A DNA stretch of 63,611 bases, the filler included, from Reticulomyxa filosa (lineage: Eukaryota > Protista > Foraminifera): the NCBI GenBank assembly GCA_000512085.1. It is 13 parts of 13 records of this genome, joined end to end, with 100 filler letters (N's around TTAATTAATTAA, not from the genome) between each part and the next. Parts side by side here need not be neighbours in the genome. Positions count along the whole stretch, not along the records: positions 1 to 1,000 come from ASPP01040486.1; positions 1,101 to 2,755 come from ASPP01003600.1; positions 2,856 to 20,630 come from ASPP01019917.1; 10 more parts are not named here. One strand, written 5' to 3'. The position numbers and the translations under genes were made by a program. The number at the start of each line of letters is the position of its first letter. Position 1 is the first letter of the stretch. Of this stretch, positions 1 to 13,169 are shown piece after piece. The notes beneath the pieces are model-generated. The model saw only the letters and a list, made by a program, of their open reading frames with translations, did no database searches and was not told the DNA's origin.

Positions 1-134
1 GTGTTTCCCCCAAACGTTTGCATGAAGTATCGAAAACCAACGTAAATCATCGTTATACGGACGAAATTTCCCAAAAATCCTCCCTGTCCCTCTTGTGCTT
101 CATTAGGATCTCTTTGATTTGCAGCTTCGGCCAT
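1..134 (-). CDS. 5' end of a membrane protein, possibly CLPTM1-like (runs off the window)
   Basis: Manual translation from ATG at 134: MAEAANQRDPNEAQEGQGGFLGNFVRITMIYVGFRYFMQTFGGN. A polar N-terminus then a hydrophobic helix, resembling the CLPTM1 N-terminus. Family call is an inference. Confidence 0.4.
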   Translation of the reverse strand, partial: MAEAANQRDPNEAQEGQGGFLGNFVRITMIYVGFRYFMQTFGGN

Positions 135-1000
135 GATTAATTTCGAGTTTTTTTCCCACTCCTGGCACGTCCCCCCCCCCGCTACTTAAACATCAGCACC
201 GATAACATCTATTTTTGAAAATTTTTTTTTATATGCTGGACAGAAGTAATTCTGGCCATTTTACTCTTTTCCTTACGGCACATATATTAATGGTGAAAGC
301 AAAGTTTGTTCACATGCAAAATATTTAGTGTGATATGAAACTTACGATAGTGATCCATAAGTAACTCTAAACATCTTTCATTTTTTTAAAGAATATATAC
401 AAAAAAAGATCTCAATATATTATTTAGAATAAATATTGCAATTACAAATATTAAGCGGGAAATTAAGGAGATCTTTTTATTTGTAAGCGATTGGAATAGC
501 TTCTTCTAGATTATTAAAATGACTTTATCAGAGCTTCATTATGATCTGGTGGATTCAATTTACATTAATTATTTCGATGCTTTTGTTATTATTCTGCATG
601 GATTAGTAAATAAGTTCAACGGTTTTTTTTTAAATTTCTTTTTGAATTATAGTAAAACAATTTTTCAATAAGTTTTTTCAGTTTAGAGTATATCATCAAG
701 CGAATTAAAATTTTTAAATTTATCATTGTTGTAGATTGAAAAATAATATAACATATTTTATTGATGAATATTATTTTTTTTCTAAACACTAACAATAGCA
801 TTATATGCAAAATGATTGCCAATCTGTTGAAGGAAAGAACGGATAATATAATGAAACGACAATATCCATATTACATTGAATACCTTCCCACTCTTTATTT
901 TTTTTCGTTGTACCTCGTTAGAAAAATCGTCAAAGGGATGGGACTTTTTAATTGATAAGTTACAATATTTTTTCACTAATTACAATCCAGCAAACTCAGT

Positions 1001-1100
1001 NNNNNNNNNNNNNNNNNNNNNNNNNNNNNNNNNNNNNNNNNNNNTTAATTAATTAANNNNNNNNNNNNNNNNNNNNNNNNNNNNNNNNNNNNNNNNNNNN
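1001..1100. other. Artificial contig linker N44-TTAATTAATTAA-N44 (stops in all six frames)
   Basis: The same 100-nt spacer recurs at 2756-2855, 20631-20730, 22533-22632, 29257-29356, 30747-30846, 32185-32284, 35134-35233, 42139-42238, 43949-44048, 53128-53227 and 61618-61717. Gene neighbourhoods cannot be read across these. Confidence 0.99.
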
Positions 1101-3149
1101 TAGAATAAACTTTTACTCGATACAGTTGAGATTTCAAAAGATACACCAAAACACTTTTTTAGAACTTGGAAAGTAAAAAAAAAGCAAATGAAGACAAAAG
1201 CAAAAAGAAAGTGTTAATTCGGGCGGCGCCTGATTTAACTCTTTCTTTTTCGCTTTTTCCTTCCTTTGCTTTTTTTTAAAAATTTGTTTTCCTTAGACAA
1301 ACACAAGAGAAAGAAGATAGCTTCAATGCATTAATTTACTAATATTTTTTCATATGTGCACAATTTCAATATATTTTTAAAAACAAATTACTGATTTGTT
1401 TTTTATTTGCTACCCAACAAAGCTAAGTCCGTGATTTGTGTTTATGTAAAAAAAACACTTTCCAATCATTCAATGCGTAATTTTGACAATTATGAAACAT
1501 TTCAATAGATAAAAATTTATTGAAAAATTTGTGTCAATATTGAATTGTTTTGCTTAATCTTATCATCGATCTTCGAACTCAATTTTGAGAATTATTTCAT
1601 ATAATAAATATGCTCATGAAATGTCAAATGAAAATTAATCAACTGTTGTTATGATCGACATGCATTCTTTCATTATGTAATTGCAGATTTTCGTTTCTTT
1701 AAATGTTTAGACTAAGTTCAACATTATATTGTTAAATAACTTAACATTTTCAGAAATTATTTCATCAAAGTCATAAATTCGTTTTCTTTTAATAATATTC
1801 TTAAAACTCAATAAAACAAAAAAATTAACGTGCTATGAACAACCAATATTACGTAATGCAAGTATTATATTATCTGATTAACGGTTATTCATAATATCCA
1901 ATTGTACTAATTTTTTATTTGAGCAATATCTGCGTGTTTGGTTCCAATACAGAATTATTAAATTAACAAAAGTTTCTAAATGTTAAACAAATAACTTTAA
2001 AAGAATTATCAAACAATTGTTGTCATATTTATGCTACTCTTTAAACCAATGCGAAAAGTTTTTAACAGAAATAATTTTTGCCTATTTTTTTGTTTTTTAA
2101 GTATTACTTGTTGTTGAAATGGAATTAAACAGTTTTAAGCTGATTTTATTGTCATAATTTGTAAGTTGTGTTTCAATTTACATTCGTTCAGCTGCAATAT
2201 TTCAAATTTATTATTTGGAGCTGTTTTAAATTTTTTAATTACTGTTGTTAATTTTGACTTGCAATTTGCTACAAAAAAATTGACAAAATTTGAGATAATT
2301 TTTACTTGTTTTTTGCTTTGGACGAAATAAAAGTCGTAATACTTAATTGCAAATCTTCTTTTATTGAAACAAAGTTATTTCAAATGAAGTAAAAAATAAA
2401 CTTTTTGAGATATCACAGTTTGAAATAAACGCTTCATCACAAAAAATTAACGAAAGAACAGCAACCCCTTTTTTTTATAAATAATTTATAATTTAATTGT
2501 AAAATCAATCACAATCACATTGTGCAAATACAAAGATTAATTTAAAGAACTGAGAAATAATTGTTATTATAATGTTATTGGATGAAAATTTTTTGTTGTA
2601 AAATTATTTTTTAAGCGTCTTTTTGTTTTTTTCACAATTATTCCTTCTAGAAAGAGTTACTTTTAAAGTTTGTAATTTTAGGTAAATCTATCAGAAGAAA
2701 TCAAAGTAATTATTAAATATTGGATTAGAACATTGAACATTAAATTAGGATGGATNNNNNNNNNNNNNNNNNNNNNNNNNNNNNNNNNNNNNNNNNNNNT
2801 TAATTAATTAANNNNNNNNNNNNNNNNNNNNNNNNNNNNNNNNNNNNNNNNNNNNGTTAAAATATATTTTTGTAAAACAAAATAAAAAAAAATAGATATA
2901 AAATAGACTCAAATGGTTCAATCGGCTACGTATATCCACTGCAAGGTACTCCACTGCTACTTTCTCCCCCTTTTCAAATGTTCATCTTGTCCTTTTTTTT
3001 ATTTGATATTATAAATATATATTATCAATCTACAGCCCAATGCAATCACGACCAATCAACACCTTATATTAATTTTAGTCCACTTTCAGGCCCATTTTTG
3101 GTTTTTATTATTTATATTTATTGGATCGAATTCAATGTATCTGCATATT

Positions 3150-3480
3150 ATCTAAACTCATTCCACTCAACGCAATACACCCCAACACAACTCAATACAG
3201 CCCAATACAACTTAACTCACTCCAACTCTACTCAACCCAACTCAACTCAACACAACACAGGACACCTCAACACAATCCGAACCCAACACAACCAGATGAT
3301 ACTCAACATAGCCCAACACAATCCAACTACAACTATCTCAAAATAACACAACGCCGCCAAAGCTAACGCAATCCAACAACTACCAATCCGACTCAACATA
3401 ACCAGAATCGATCCAACGCAACGTAGCCAACTTAATCCAATACAAGCTGACCCAACTCGACAAATTAAATATAATTCAAA
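3150..3480 (+). repeat. Degenerate pentamer satellite (AACTC/AACAC/AATCC/AACCC)n
   Basis: 5-nt periodicity is directly visible, e.g. aactc aactc aacac aacac. Related tracts at 14170-14550 (reverse) and 15180-15555. Confidence 0.85.
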
Positions 3481-3724
3481 TGTCTTCCACAAACTGCCTT
3501 CGCCATTTGATCAACATGAGTCTATATCAATTATATATTTGTGTTATCAATTCTTTTTTTTTGTTGTTTATACAGATTAAAACATCAAATATAGATTACG
3601 TTGTGATATCGACATCAGGTATCAATTTACAAATCTATCTATTAATCAATTAGTTATCCAACGACTTACTAATCACCCAATCAAATGTTATTAATAGTGC
3701 AATCATCCGATCCCAGCAGCAAGC

Positions 3725-5145
3725 TCAGAACTTTAAAAAGAGGCAACGCTTTCCGCAATAGTCACTCATCGCGTCCTTGAGTATTTTCTCCATCATTTCG
3801 TTTGCTTTTTGTTCAGCTAGTTGTTCTTTGAGTTCTTCTTCTCGCAGTATTTCTTCACGCGTTTTATATTTTTTTCCAGTCGATCTCATGCTCGTGCATC
3901 TTTGGAATTCGTTTGTGGGCTCCTGTTCCAATTGTTGCTGTTGGTGCTGCTGTCCCGATTGTTGCTCTTGCACTTGTTGCTCTTGTACTTGTTGCTCTTG
4001 TACTTGTTGCTCTTGTACTTGTTGCTCTTGCACTTGTTGCTCTTGCACTTGTTGCTCTTGCACTTGCTCAGAGTGTGGTTGATCTACTTGCTGCTCTGGC
4101 TGTCGACTTTCTTCTTCTTCTTCTTCTTGCTGCTGATGTTGTTGGATCTGTTCTCTGTGGAAAACCTATTTACATATATGTATATGAAAGCATCAACGAA
4201 TAGTAATAAAATATTATATTGTATTATATAATGAATCTTAGTTTGTGTATAACTTTTCTTCTAATGCAGCTGATGATATCTCCACAATAGCTGCTCAATG
4301 TGTTCATTAATCCACCAATGCGCATATGCAAGTTCGTACATACTTGCGCCAACTATTTTTATATTCAGTTTTATTTATCAGGTATGTAGTGTAAATCGAT
4401 TTGATGTGATATGTGTATATATATAACAAGTGAAAAGTAACTCTTTGACGTTTTGGAGCTGGTCCACTCTCTTGGGAGACATCATCTTCATTCATTTCTC
4501 TACGGCTCCTTTTCATCGTCGTTCGTCGTTGTTGGCTTCGTGTATTCACTTCTTGCGCTTGGTGGAGCTGCCCTTCTTCTTTTCCTTCTTGGGCTTGATC
4601 TATGTGTTCTTTCAGCTCTGTAGTTTCTTGCACGTGCGACGGTATTTGACCTTGCACTTGTGTTTGCGTTTGTGGTGGCACTGTTGCACTAATAATTGTA
4701 TTTGTGCTTGCGCTTGATGTGGCACTTGCTGGATTAGTGGTTGTACTTGTGCTGGCGCTTGCTGGACTTGAGGTTGCGGTTGTTGGGCTTGGGGTAGCGC
4801 TTGCTGGACTAGTGGTTGTGTTTGTGCTGGCGCATGCTGGATTTGAATTTGTACTTGTTGGACATGATGTGGAGCTTGCTGCACAAGTGGCTGTACTTGA
4901 GCTGGCGCATGCTGGACTTGGAGTGGCACTTGTTGGACTTGAGGTGGCGCTTGCTGGGCTTGTGGTGGTGCTTGTTGGATTTGAGGTGGCGCTTGCTGGA
5001 CTTGGAGTGGCGCTTGCACCTGCTGTACTTGTTGTATTGGCTGTTGTTGTTGGGCTTGCGGGATTTGCACTTGCTGTTGCGGTTGATTTCCCACTCCGTG
5101 TTGATGATGAACCGCTTGCCCATTATTTGCCTGTGTTTGGCCCAT
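3725..5145 (-). CDS. Gln/Pro/Glu-rich low-complexity protein with a bipartite-NLS-like segment (spliced, possibly frameshifted or a pseudogene)
   Basis: ORFs 4612-5145 (QQAPPQV repeats), 4307-4681 (KRSRREMNEDDVSQESGPAPKRQRV) and 3725-4063 (QEQQV repeats). A paralog lies at about 13170-13980 on +. Confidence 0.55.
3959..4066. repeat. 15-nt coding minisatellite (CTTGTTGCTCTTGYA) x about 7, encoding QEQQV
   Basis: Near-perfect tandem units are visible. Confidence 0.9.
4710..5060. repeat. About 21-nt degenerate coding minisatellite encoding QQAPPQV-like units
   Basis: Repeated gcgcttgctggacttgaggtg-like units. Confidence 0.8.
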
Positions 5146-5979
5146 TAATTATTATTAATACCAATTATATTATAATTGTTATCATACATATCATTAAAAT
5201 AAATAATAAAATTAATTGGAAAGAGAACAAACTCTATATCTCTTGCTTGCCGGTAACGTATCGTCAGAAAAGAACGGCCTTCCCCTCTTTACCACTCTAC
5301 TTCTGCGGCTTTCGTCTATTATTCAATTTATTTATTTGGTATGTTTATTTTTTTTTTTATTTGTCTGCTTGCCTCCAAAAACGTAGCCAATGCACACAAA
5401 ATGAACCATAAAAATTTTTTTGTATGAAAAAAAATAAGCAGTGCACCAGTGGGAACAAGAAAAAAGAGTAATGTATGAGAAAATCAAAATGGAGATTCAC
5501 AGAAAATATATTTGACGTAGAACAAATGGTACAAATGGGTGTTATAACAATCAAGCCTCCGTTTTTTACACTCTTTTTTTTTGTTTGTTGTGTTGTGCAA
5601 ATGTGTGTTTTTTTGTTTACAATTGGAAAAGCCTGAGGCTGATTCGTCATTATTTTGTCCGTTTTTTTGCATTTTTTTTTTCTTTTTTCCAAAATTTTTT
5701 AAACTGTTGTGCAAACTTGAAAACTAAGGGGATTAGTGAACTTCTTTCATTTTGGTGAGAATTTTTAAAAAGATTAAATTTAACAGTTTTTTTTTGTCAT
5801 TCCAAAAGAATAATTATTTTTTCCATTGATCTAGAGTTACTTTTTTTTTTGCTGGGTCAGATTCAAATACAAATCATTTGACAACGAGCTTAGGGTTCCA
5901 AAAAAAACTACATAAAGAAAAAAACAAATTATCATGACTCAGGGAGTGAAAGTAGAAAAATGTCCTTACGTTGAACTAA

Positions 5980-6410
5980 ACTCACGTCAAAAACTTCCTC
6001 AATTAGGTTTTGGGATGTTTCTCTTGAAAGACAAGGCGTGTGGTCAGCTGGGTATCGACACTGTAATATTTTATGAGCATGAACATGAACTAGGTGAAGG
6101 TATTTAATCATACCGTAAAAAAGAATAATATCGAAAAAGTGAGTCCAAAAGATATATTCGTAACAAGCAAGCTGTGGTCGGATGACCACAGACACAATAA
6201 AACGATTTCTGCTGGTAAATAACAGTCCGAAAGTCAGTGGATTGGACCATTTTGATTCATTCACCTATTGGAGGTGAAAGCCTTAAGACATATATCAAGC
6301 CTTGATGGACTTGCAAGGAAAAGGCAGAATTAAATTCATCGGTAAGTCGTACGATTAACCAGTTATTCATATATAGCAAAATAAAACGATGCTTCGTTGT
6401 ACAAATGCAT
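5980..6410 (+). pseudogene. Degenerate copy of an unknown gene with an IHSPIGGE...DLQG...KFI motif
   Basis: Translation WTILIHSPIGGESLKT/YQALMDLQGKGRIKFI followed by a GTAAGT donor; contains stops and a frameshift. Inverted homolog at 11165-11650. Confidence 0.55.
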
Positions 6411-7560
6411 TCCCGAGATTTCAGCATCGATTAAGATATTGCTATCATGTCATGGCCACTAAAGTACTTGAATATGGTACGGAAATCCAGGTCAGAACTG
6501 CTCACAGAACAAAATCGAATCTATTCAAAATATAAACAAATAGAACGACATTGTTGTGAATGTTGGCTGATAGGCCGTTCCAAAGGTGTTATTATGCCAG
6601 CGAAACCCATTTCTGCAAAAGTTTTCGATGATGGCTGTATCATGCGTTATGGGCTCAATCTGGCAGTTTGCTTATTTTAACAAAAAAAAAAAAAAAAAAA
6701 AAGATGTACAAGCTAATTGAAATAATCACACGCAAAAAAAAAAATAGCATGACAGCAATAATTTACCTCGGACCAATGCCTCGTTAACTCAAACAACTGT
6801 CTGCCTTCGCACATAGTTGCATAATGCAATCGTATTCACATAATCAAACTTATTAAGTGTTGTTATCCGCAAAGTAATATAATAATCTTTTCTTTGGGTT
6901 TTTGTGTGCATGTCAACGCCTTTTTTTTCCCCTCATTTGGTCTATGTATGTATCAATTGCATTCTCACAAATAAAGGATCGCACAATCGGCTTCCTTTGA
7001 TCATCGTAATAACTTGTCACGTAACTCTGTCTGCATCGTCACTTGGCACCTCGTTTCTGCTTGTTTCAGTAGCAATTTTGTGTTGAGAGAAGAACCAAGA
7101 GGCATTCACTTCTTGATGCTATTTTATTTTATATTAATCAGATGTGAGATATCGTCTTAAATTAGCATAGCAGAGAGAAATAATTGTATTAACATCTAAC
7201 TGACACTTTCATATAAAGAAATTTATAATTTGAATTCTAATCAAACATTTGAACACGACCTTTTACAATGATATTATTGCAATCTGTAACTTTTTTTTTA
7301 GGTTTTGGCTTGCAACGTTATGACAAGGAAAACACCATAGTTAAATTTTAATAGTGCTCAACATTTTTTAATTAAAATTCTTCAATGCGAAATAACGCAT
7401 AAAGAAACAAAAAGGAATGATGTCAAAATGAAACAAAAAAGAAAGAGGAAACACAATACAGTGCAGGAAGTAATACTGAATCAAATATACAATGTTTATT
7501 GCTAAAAAGAAAATAATATCCCTTTTGCTTGTATTTCGTTTTGACCAGTGAATTTTAACG

Positions 7561-7617
7561 GAAAAACGATGGCAAAGAATTGTACAAAATGATTTGGAAG
7601 ACATTGCAGTGGTGTAG
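7561..7617 (+). pseudogene. MAPEG (microsomal GST / PGE synthase-like) fragment
   Basis: EKRWQRIVQNDLEDIAVV* resembles the MAPEG ERxxRxxxNDxEN motif. Confidence 0.45.
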
Positions 7618-7898
7618 TTGATGTTGTGAACCAAATTATTTTGAACATTACCATTGACAAATCTATGATCAAACTGCTATTATTAACACCATTTAACCGA
7701 TTCAATAAAATTCCAATCGATCTTATGAAAACAAATATATTTACTATTAAAAAAATTAAAAATAAAATTTATAATGGCAAGAGCCATTTGAACATTAAGA
7801 TAATTTTTTTAATGCGGTAATTTACATACACACATTATGTAAAAAGTTCGCTATTGTCACATTAAAAATGGACCAACAAAAAAAAGGGTGTCACTAGT

Positions 7899-8036
7899 TC
7901 AATCCATCCTCTTTGTAGGCATTGCCTGCACCAATATATTGACTGACCCCAAAGCTGCAAAAACAGCCAAGAAATACGCGATAGTGCGCCCGGGCACAAG
8001 GTCATAGATGTAACAAAATGAATGTGCTACTCTTGT
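7899..8036 (-). pseudogene. MAPEG C-terminal fragment
   Basis: TRVAHSFCYIYDLVPGRTIAYFLAVFAALGSVNILVQAMPTKRMD* resembles the MAPEG RxxHxxxY...PxR helices; preceded by an in-frame stop. Confidence 0.45.
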
Positions 8037-8234
8037 TTAACGACCAGAAATTGCACTTAATAACAAAAAACATACAGCATAACTGACAAGCATACTTATG
8101 ACATTGATGGATAAAAGCTCATGTGATAATAAGCAAACGTTCTTTGTTTGGTTTGTTTACTGAAGAAGGAGATGTTGATGCTTTGCGGTGGGATAAGTCA
8201 CTTGGTTTTTCACTTTTTTGTCCTTTGTGTCTGT

Positions 8235-8555
8235 TGTCTGATTTCATTGCGCTCTCCTTATGTATGATCACGATCACATTTTATCCCTTGCCGACAAGGG
8301 GACACAAACTATTTGCTTGTACACTTCGAACACGACAAGCCATTCTATTTTCTAGTTTTTTTTTAGGTGCAATCTCTACGTTTCCCCAACCAATTTTGAG
8401 AAATTATTATAAATTTTCTATTTTTTTCATTTTAACAGAAAATTTTAAAATATTTTTACATTGGTTGGAAAAACACTAAATAAGATCAAAAAACAAAAAA
8501 ACTCTTAAAAGAGAAAAACTTAAAACTGACCACGCCTTCAAGTTCGCTGCTGGTG
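8235..8555 (+). repeat. About 320-bp dispersed repeat; inverted copy at 12045-12365
   Basis: Aligned by eye, e.g. GCTCTCCTTATG(T/C)ATGATCAC, TTTCCC(C)AACCAATTTTGA, TTTTTTTCATTTTAACAGAAA and TAAATAAGATCAAAAA are shared in reverse complement. Confidence 0.85.
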
Positions 8556-11164
8556 TTTCAATAAAGTTTGAAAAAAAACAAAAATGGCAACAAAAAGAGA
8601 AGAAAAAAGGCTTGTGGAAGATACTTCAGCTGAGGAGAATAAGAATTTTACCTCAGGTAGGCGAAACGAAAGAGTCATACTGACTCCAACAAACAAAACA
8701 CAAAAAATGAGCACGTGGATATTGCAGAAATAACAAACAATTTTTAATTTTATTTTACACGATACATTTACTTTTCCTTCACTTGCCTTTTCTTTCCCAC
8801 ATGCTATGCAATAATTTTTTTTCTTTTCAATAAACGACAAAATGTACCTACATTTTTTTTAACAAAACATTGAGACAAATATTTATTGTATGTTTATAAT
8901 GTTCATAAATGAAAGAGAATGAATTGTCAGCAAACAACATGCACAACAAAAAATGTAACTGTGTTGAATAGATGAAAGCAAGAGAAGAAGCAGTAAAAGT
9001 AGTAGCAGCAAGAGCAGTAACAGCGCGAGCTCACTCAAAAGAAGCTTTTTTCAAATACGAGACGATACAATAACGGACCAGACAAGCAAACGCTCAAAGG
9101 TTTGTTATTTATCCACAATAAAATATATTGTCTATCTTTCACATGTTTCAATTTTTTTTAATCAAAATAATTTCAAAAAATCGTGCATATATTGATGAAT
9201 GTTTATACCAGCGTACGAAAAGCTGCATTCAATCGCTGGTATCATTTTCGCGACACAGCAAACAAGAAGAAGCGGAGGTACGTCATTTTGGGTATTCGTT
9301 CACGTATATAAATTAATGTGAAATAATAATTTCAACTGCAAATAAATCCAAACAGGAAAAGAGTGGCTCAGAGCGAGTATCAACGCAGAACCCAGAAATA
9401 CGACAACAAAGACGAATCAAACGGAGCATGCAGGAAATGAGTAATGAAATAGATAGAAAAGAATTGGATACCAAAGCGATCAAGAGTTTTTTTTATTTGT
9501 TCCTTTTGTATAATATAAGCACCAGTAATTGGGATGATTATTAATTCAATTTCATTTGCCAAAAATATTAATATTTTCTATTTTTTTTAATAAAAATAAA
9601 TATACATTTTGTGTTACCATATGAAATACATTAAACAGATTGTAGCATAATGCCAATAAAAAAAAAGCAAGTTGCAAAGAAAATCAAAGTTTTTCTTACA
9701 AATCGATATCGTCATTCGTGTACATTATTAGTATGTCCACACGTGATCTTTGCATTTATATTGATATTTATCTCATGTAAAGCATTTATTTATAAAATAA
9801 CACAAGCTAAAATATGAATGTTGGTATATTGTGGGGTGAGTTGATGATTTTATCATTATAATCAATCGGTTAATTTTAATTCATCATGTGATGCTTGGTT
9901 CAGTTGAATCCAACGTATTTGCATGTAATCTTTATTCAGCAAGTATTGGCCAGCATTTTCAACCTTGTGCGATCGTGTCCCTTATTTATATTTTAACATC
10001 ATTGTAATAAACTCTAATTCAACACATAGTCTACTTATTCATCTGATTTAAGCAATTGCAATATTACATTCACTTCAAATTGACTGATTGCATTAATACC
10101 GACTTCGATTCATTCTATCTGTTTGTTCAATCATCCGTTTAATTTATTCACACGTTTATTAGTTCGTTTATTTGTGCAATCACTAAATTCAATCGATTGT
10201 CTTCCCCAATTCATTCTAATTTCAATACAATTACCGATACAATTCCGATTGCACAAATATAGTTATCACACGTGTCGAATCTTCAAGCCACAACCAAAGA
10301 AACAATATCGATAAATTAACAAAAAGCAAATAAAACAGTTATTGTTTGCCATTTCTTTTTGTTTTTTTAATCAATATTATTTCTTCTTTTCGTTAAGGTA
10401 CCGCTTATTTTAGGAAAAAAAATGAAATTAATGTATGCATATATTTAAACATTTATGCAAATAATTCCTTTTATTTTTTATTAGCATTTTTTGAGTTGAT
10501 TTATTTTGTGTTGTTGTGAGAAATGCTTGAGTTAAAATAGCATCACTAGCATGCTATTTTCAATTTGATGTCTTTCACTTAACTTTATTTTTTTAAATTC
10601 CGTTTGTTTGTGCTTCTTTTGTCTGCATTTACGTTCGTTTGATTTTTGTTTTTTTAACACTATCATTTTGAGTTTCAAAACGAATGTTAATTTTTGTTCT
10701 GAGAGCTGTCTTTATAGTATCTAGTATACGGCATAAATCTTTATCATCAGTATATTTCAACTCAGCAAAATAATATATTTTCCTTCAAATTTGTTAATTG
10801 ATACTTGCTCATTTTTTAAGATAATCTTGAATATAACAGAGCGTTCAAAATAACAACTAGTTGCAATGGATGATCAGTTCCAATAAGACAATCGAGTAAT
10901 TTTTCAAAAATTAAACTCGATTATATTCCAATTTCTTTTTTTTCCATTTTCATTTCATCGCCTGCCGTATTTTTTACATTGATAAGTGATTCTCAACAAA
11001 TCAGCAATCATTTTGAGTAGTTTGTTGGTATCTTTCAAATTCTTCGCATTACTTTTTACCTTTGATCAATCCTACCTCTACGATCATCAATATAGTCAAT
11101 GGATCATTTTTTATGAGTTTTAAAAACTTGATATCATTCACATTAACACAAACTATCCTTGATA

Positions 11165-11650
11165 GCCACTCGTCGCTTTTGTTTTGTTATTATAAAACTA
11201 ATTGATATTATGACTTACCAATGAATTTACTTTTGTCTCTTCCTTGCAAATCCGCCAATGTTTGATATATCTTAATATTTTCACCTCCAATGGGTGAATG
11301 GATCAATACAAATCAAAATTGTCCAATCACTGACTTTAGACTGCTGTTTACAGCAGAAATCGTTTTATTATATCTGTAGTTGTCTGAGCAACTTTCTTGT
11401 CACGAATATATTCTCGAATCACTTGTCCAGTGTTTTTAAGGTACGATTGAATATTCGCCCCGCTTCTTTTTCATTTTTATAAAATACTGCAGTGTCAATG
11501 TGTCGATACCAAATTGTTAAAGCTTCTTGCACCGTTTGACTAAGTCTTTTGTCTTTCACGAGACGTTCTGAAACCCAATTGAGGAATTTTTGACACGGGT
11601 TTAGTTTTACATAGTTGCATTCTCCTACTTTCACTGCCTGGGTCATGATA
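11165..11650 (-). pseudogene. Second degenerate copy of the IHSPIGGE-motif gene
   Basis: ORF 11419-11646 plus downstream IHSPIGGENIKIYQTLADLQGRDKSKFI followed by GTAAGT. The intron donor is at the same position as in the copy near 6340. Confidence 0.55.
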
Positions 11651-12044
11651 TTTTTTTTATATGCAGTTTTTTTGGAACACTAAGCTTGTTCTCAAACAAT
11701 TTGTATTCACTGGATCTATCAAGTAAAAAGTAGCCAAAGTCAGTGGAAAAAACTAAGGATTACGTCAAACAGAAAAAGTTTAAAGTATGCGAATAATAGT
11801 TAAAAAAAGTACAGTCATCAAAGCTTTTTGGTTCCATCTGTGAATAGAAGAGTCATTTATGTTAACATTGAAATGGTGATGCTTGTTTCCTTTTCTTGAG
11901 TATTGTGCGTTGACGGTAACATTCAAATAAGATATGGAAAAAAAAGTCAAACGAATTTAAAGGCATCACAAAAGCCAATATAAGCAAACACAAACACAAT
12001 AAAAAAGTAAAAATGAACAAAGGCTAAGAAAGAAACAGTTGAAA

Positions 12045-12365
12045 AAGTCAGCAGCGAACCGGGAGCTTGAAGGTGCAGTCAGTTTTAAATTTACTTTTAA
12101 GAATAATTTGTTTTTGATCTTATTTAATGCTTTTTTAAATAATGTAAAAATTTTTAAAGTTTCTGTTAAAATGAAAAAAACAGACAATTTATAATTAATT
12201 TCTTCAAAATTGGTTGGGAAACAGAGATTGCGCTTAAAAAACTAGAAAATATAATGTCTGTTGTGTTCCTAAGTGTCCTGCAAACAACTTGTGTCCTTTC
12301 ATTGGCAAGTGACAAAATATGATTGTGATCATGCATAAGGAGAGCAAAATGAAATCAAGACATCA
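12045..12365 (-). repeat. Inverted copy of the 8235-8555 repeat
   Basis: See 8235-8555. Confidence 0.85.
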
Positions 12366-13169
12366 TGCACGAAAAACTTCTTACTAACTGCGGCAAATCT
12401 GCAAACAATGCAAGTGTCGAAATAAACTAATGAAATTTACATTTAAAAAACAGACAATATGATTATGCAAAGAAAAGGAACTCAATGAAGTTGTGAGGAC
12501 TGTGAAAGAACATTTACAGTTGTTGAATGATCATTGACAACGGAATAGCTTTCGTTGTATCCAGTCGCAACGAAAACAACCAGCATAATTTTTTTGTTTT
12601 TGTTGATTTTTCTTAAGGCTTCCCAAAATGAGATGTTTCAAATTTGTCAGCATTTTAATTTATTCGATTCTTCGAATCAAATACATTCATTTTATCTTCA
12701 GCTTCAAAGTATGTCCCCTTTTACGTTTCAAGTTCACTGTCGACAACAACAATACAACAACGTTAAAAAATATGGAAAATAAAAGAAATGAAGAAAAAAA
12801 TGTTGAGAATGCATCAACAAAACTCGCCGGTAGCCAAAAAGAGCAATATACACACACATAAAAAAAGAGCCAAAAACATTAAGAAACACAAACTTTTTAA
12901 TAATGAATTGCATATACTCATTATTATAATATACTCTTTTTAATATTCACTTTTGTAGTACATTAGTTGTGTTTTTAAAAAATACAAACCAAATTGACAG
13001 GTAACAGCAGTAAAAGGAGATTACATCAGAAACGAGGTTTGCGTGATTTACAGGACGAAAAGATAGACACAGCAACAAAGAAACTAAGGGTATGTGATTG
13101 ATGAAATCATTCTCTTTTCTGAACACATTGTGACTCATGCTGACAATAGATAATCAAATAAAATATGAT

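Noticed and set aside
1045-1056. TTAATTAATTAA recurring 12 times between N runs, superficially like a repeat array
   Set aside because: It is an artificial six-frame-stop linker between contigs, not biological.
1101-2755. AT-rich contig with no ORFs
   Set aside because: No recognisable coding, RNA or repeat structure; probably intergenic or a highly decayed relic.
3777-5411. + strand Cys-rich (CCSCT)n and Leu/Val/Ala-rich ORFs resembling metallothionein or membrane proteins
   Set aside because: Antisense shadows of the Gln-rich minisatellite gene.
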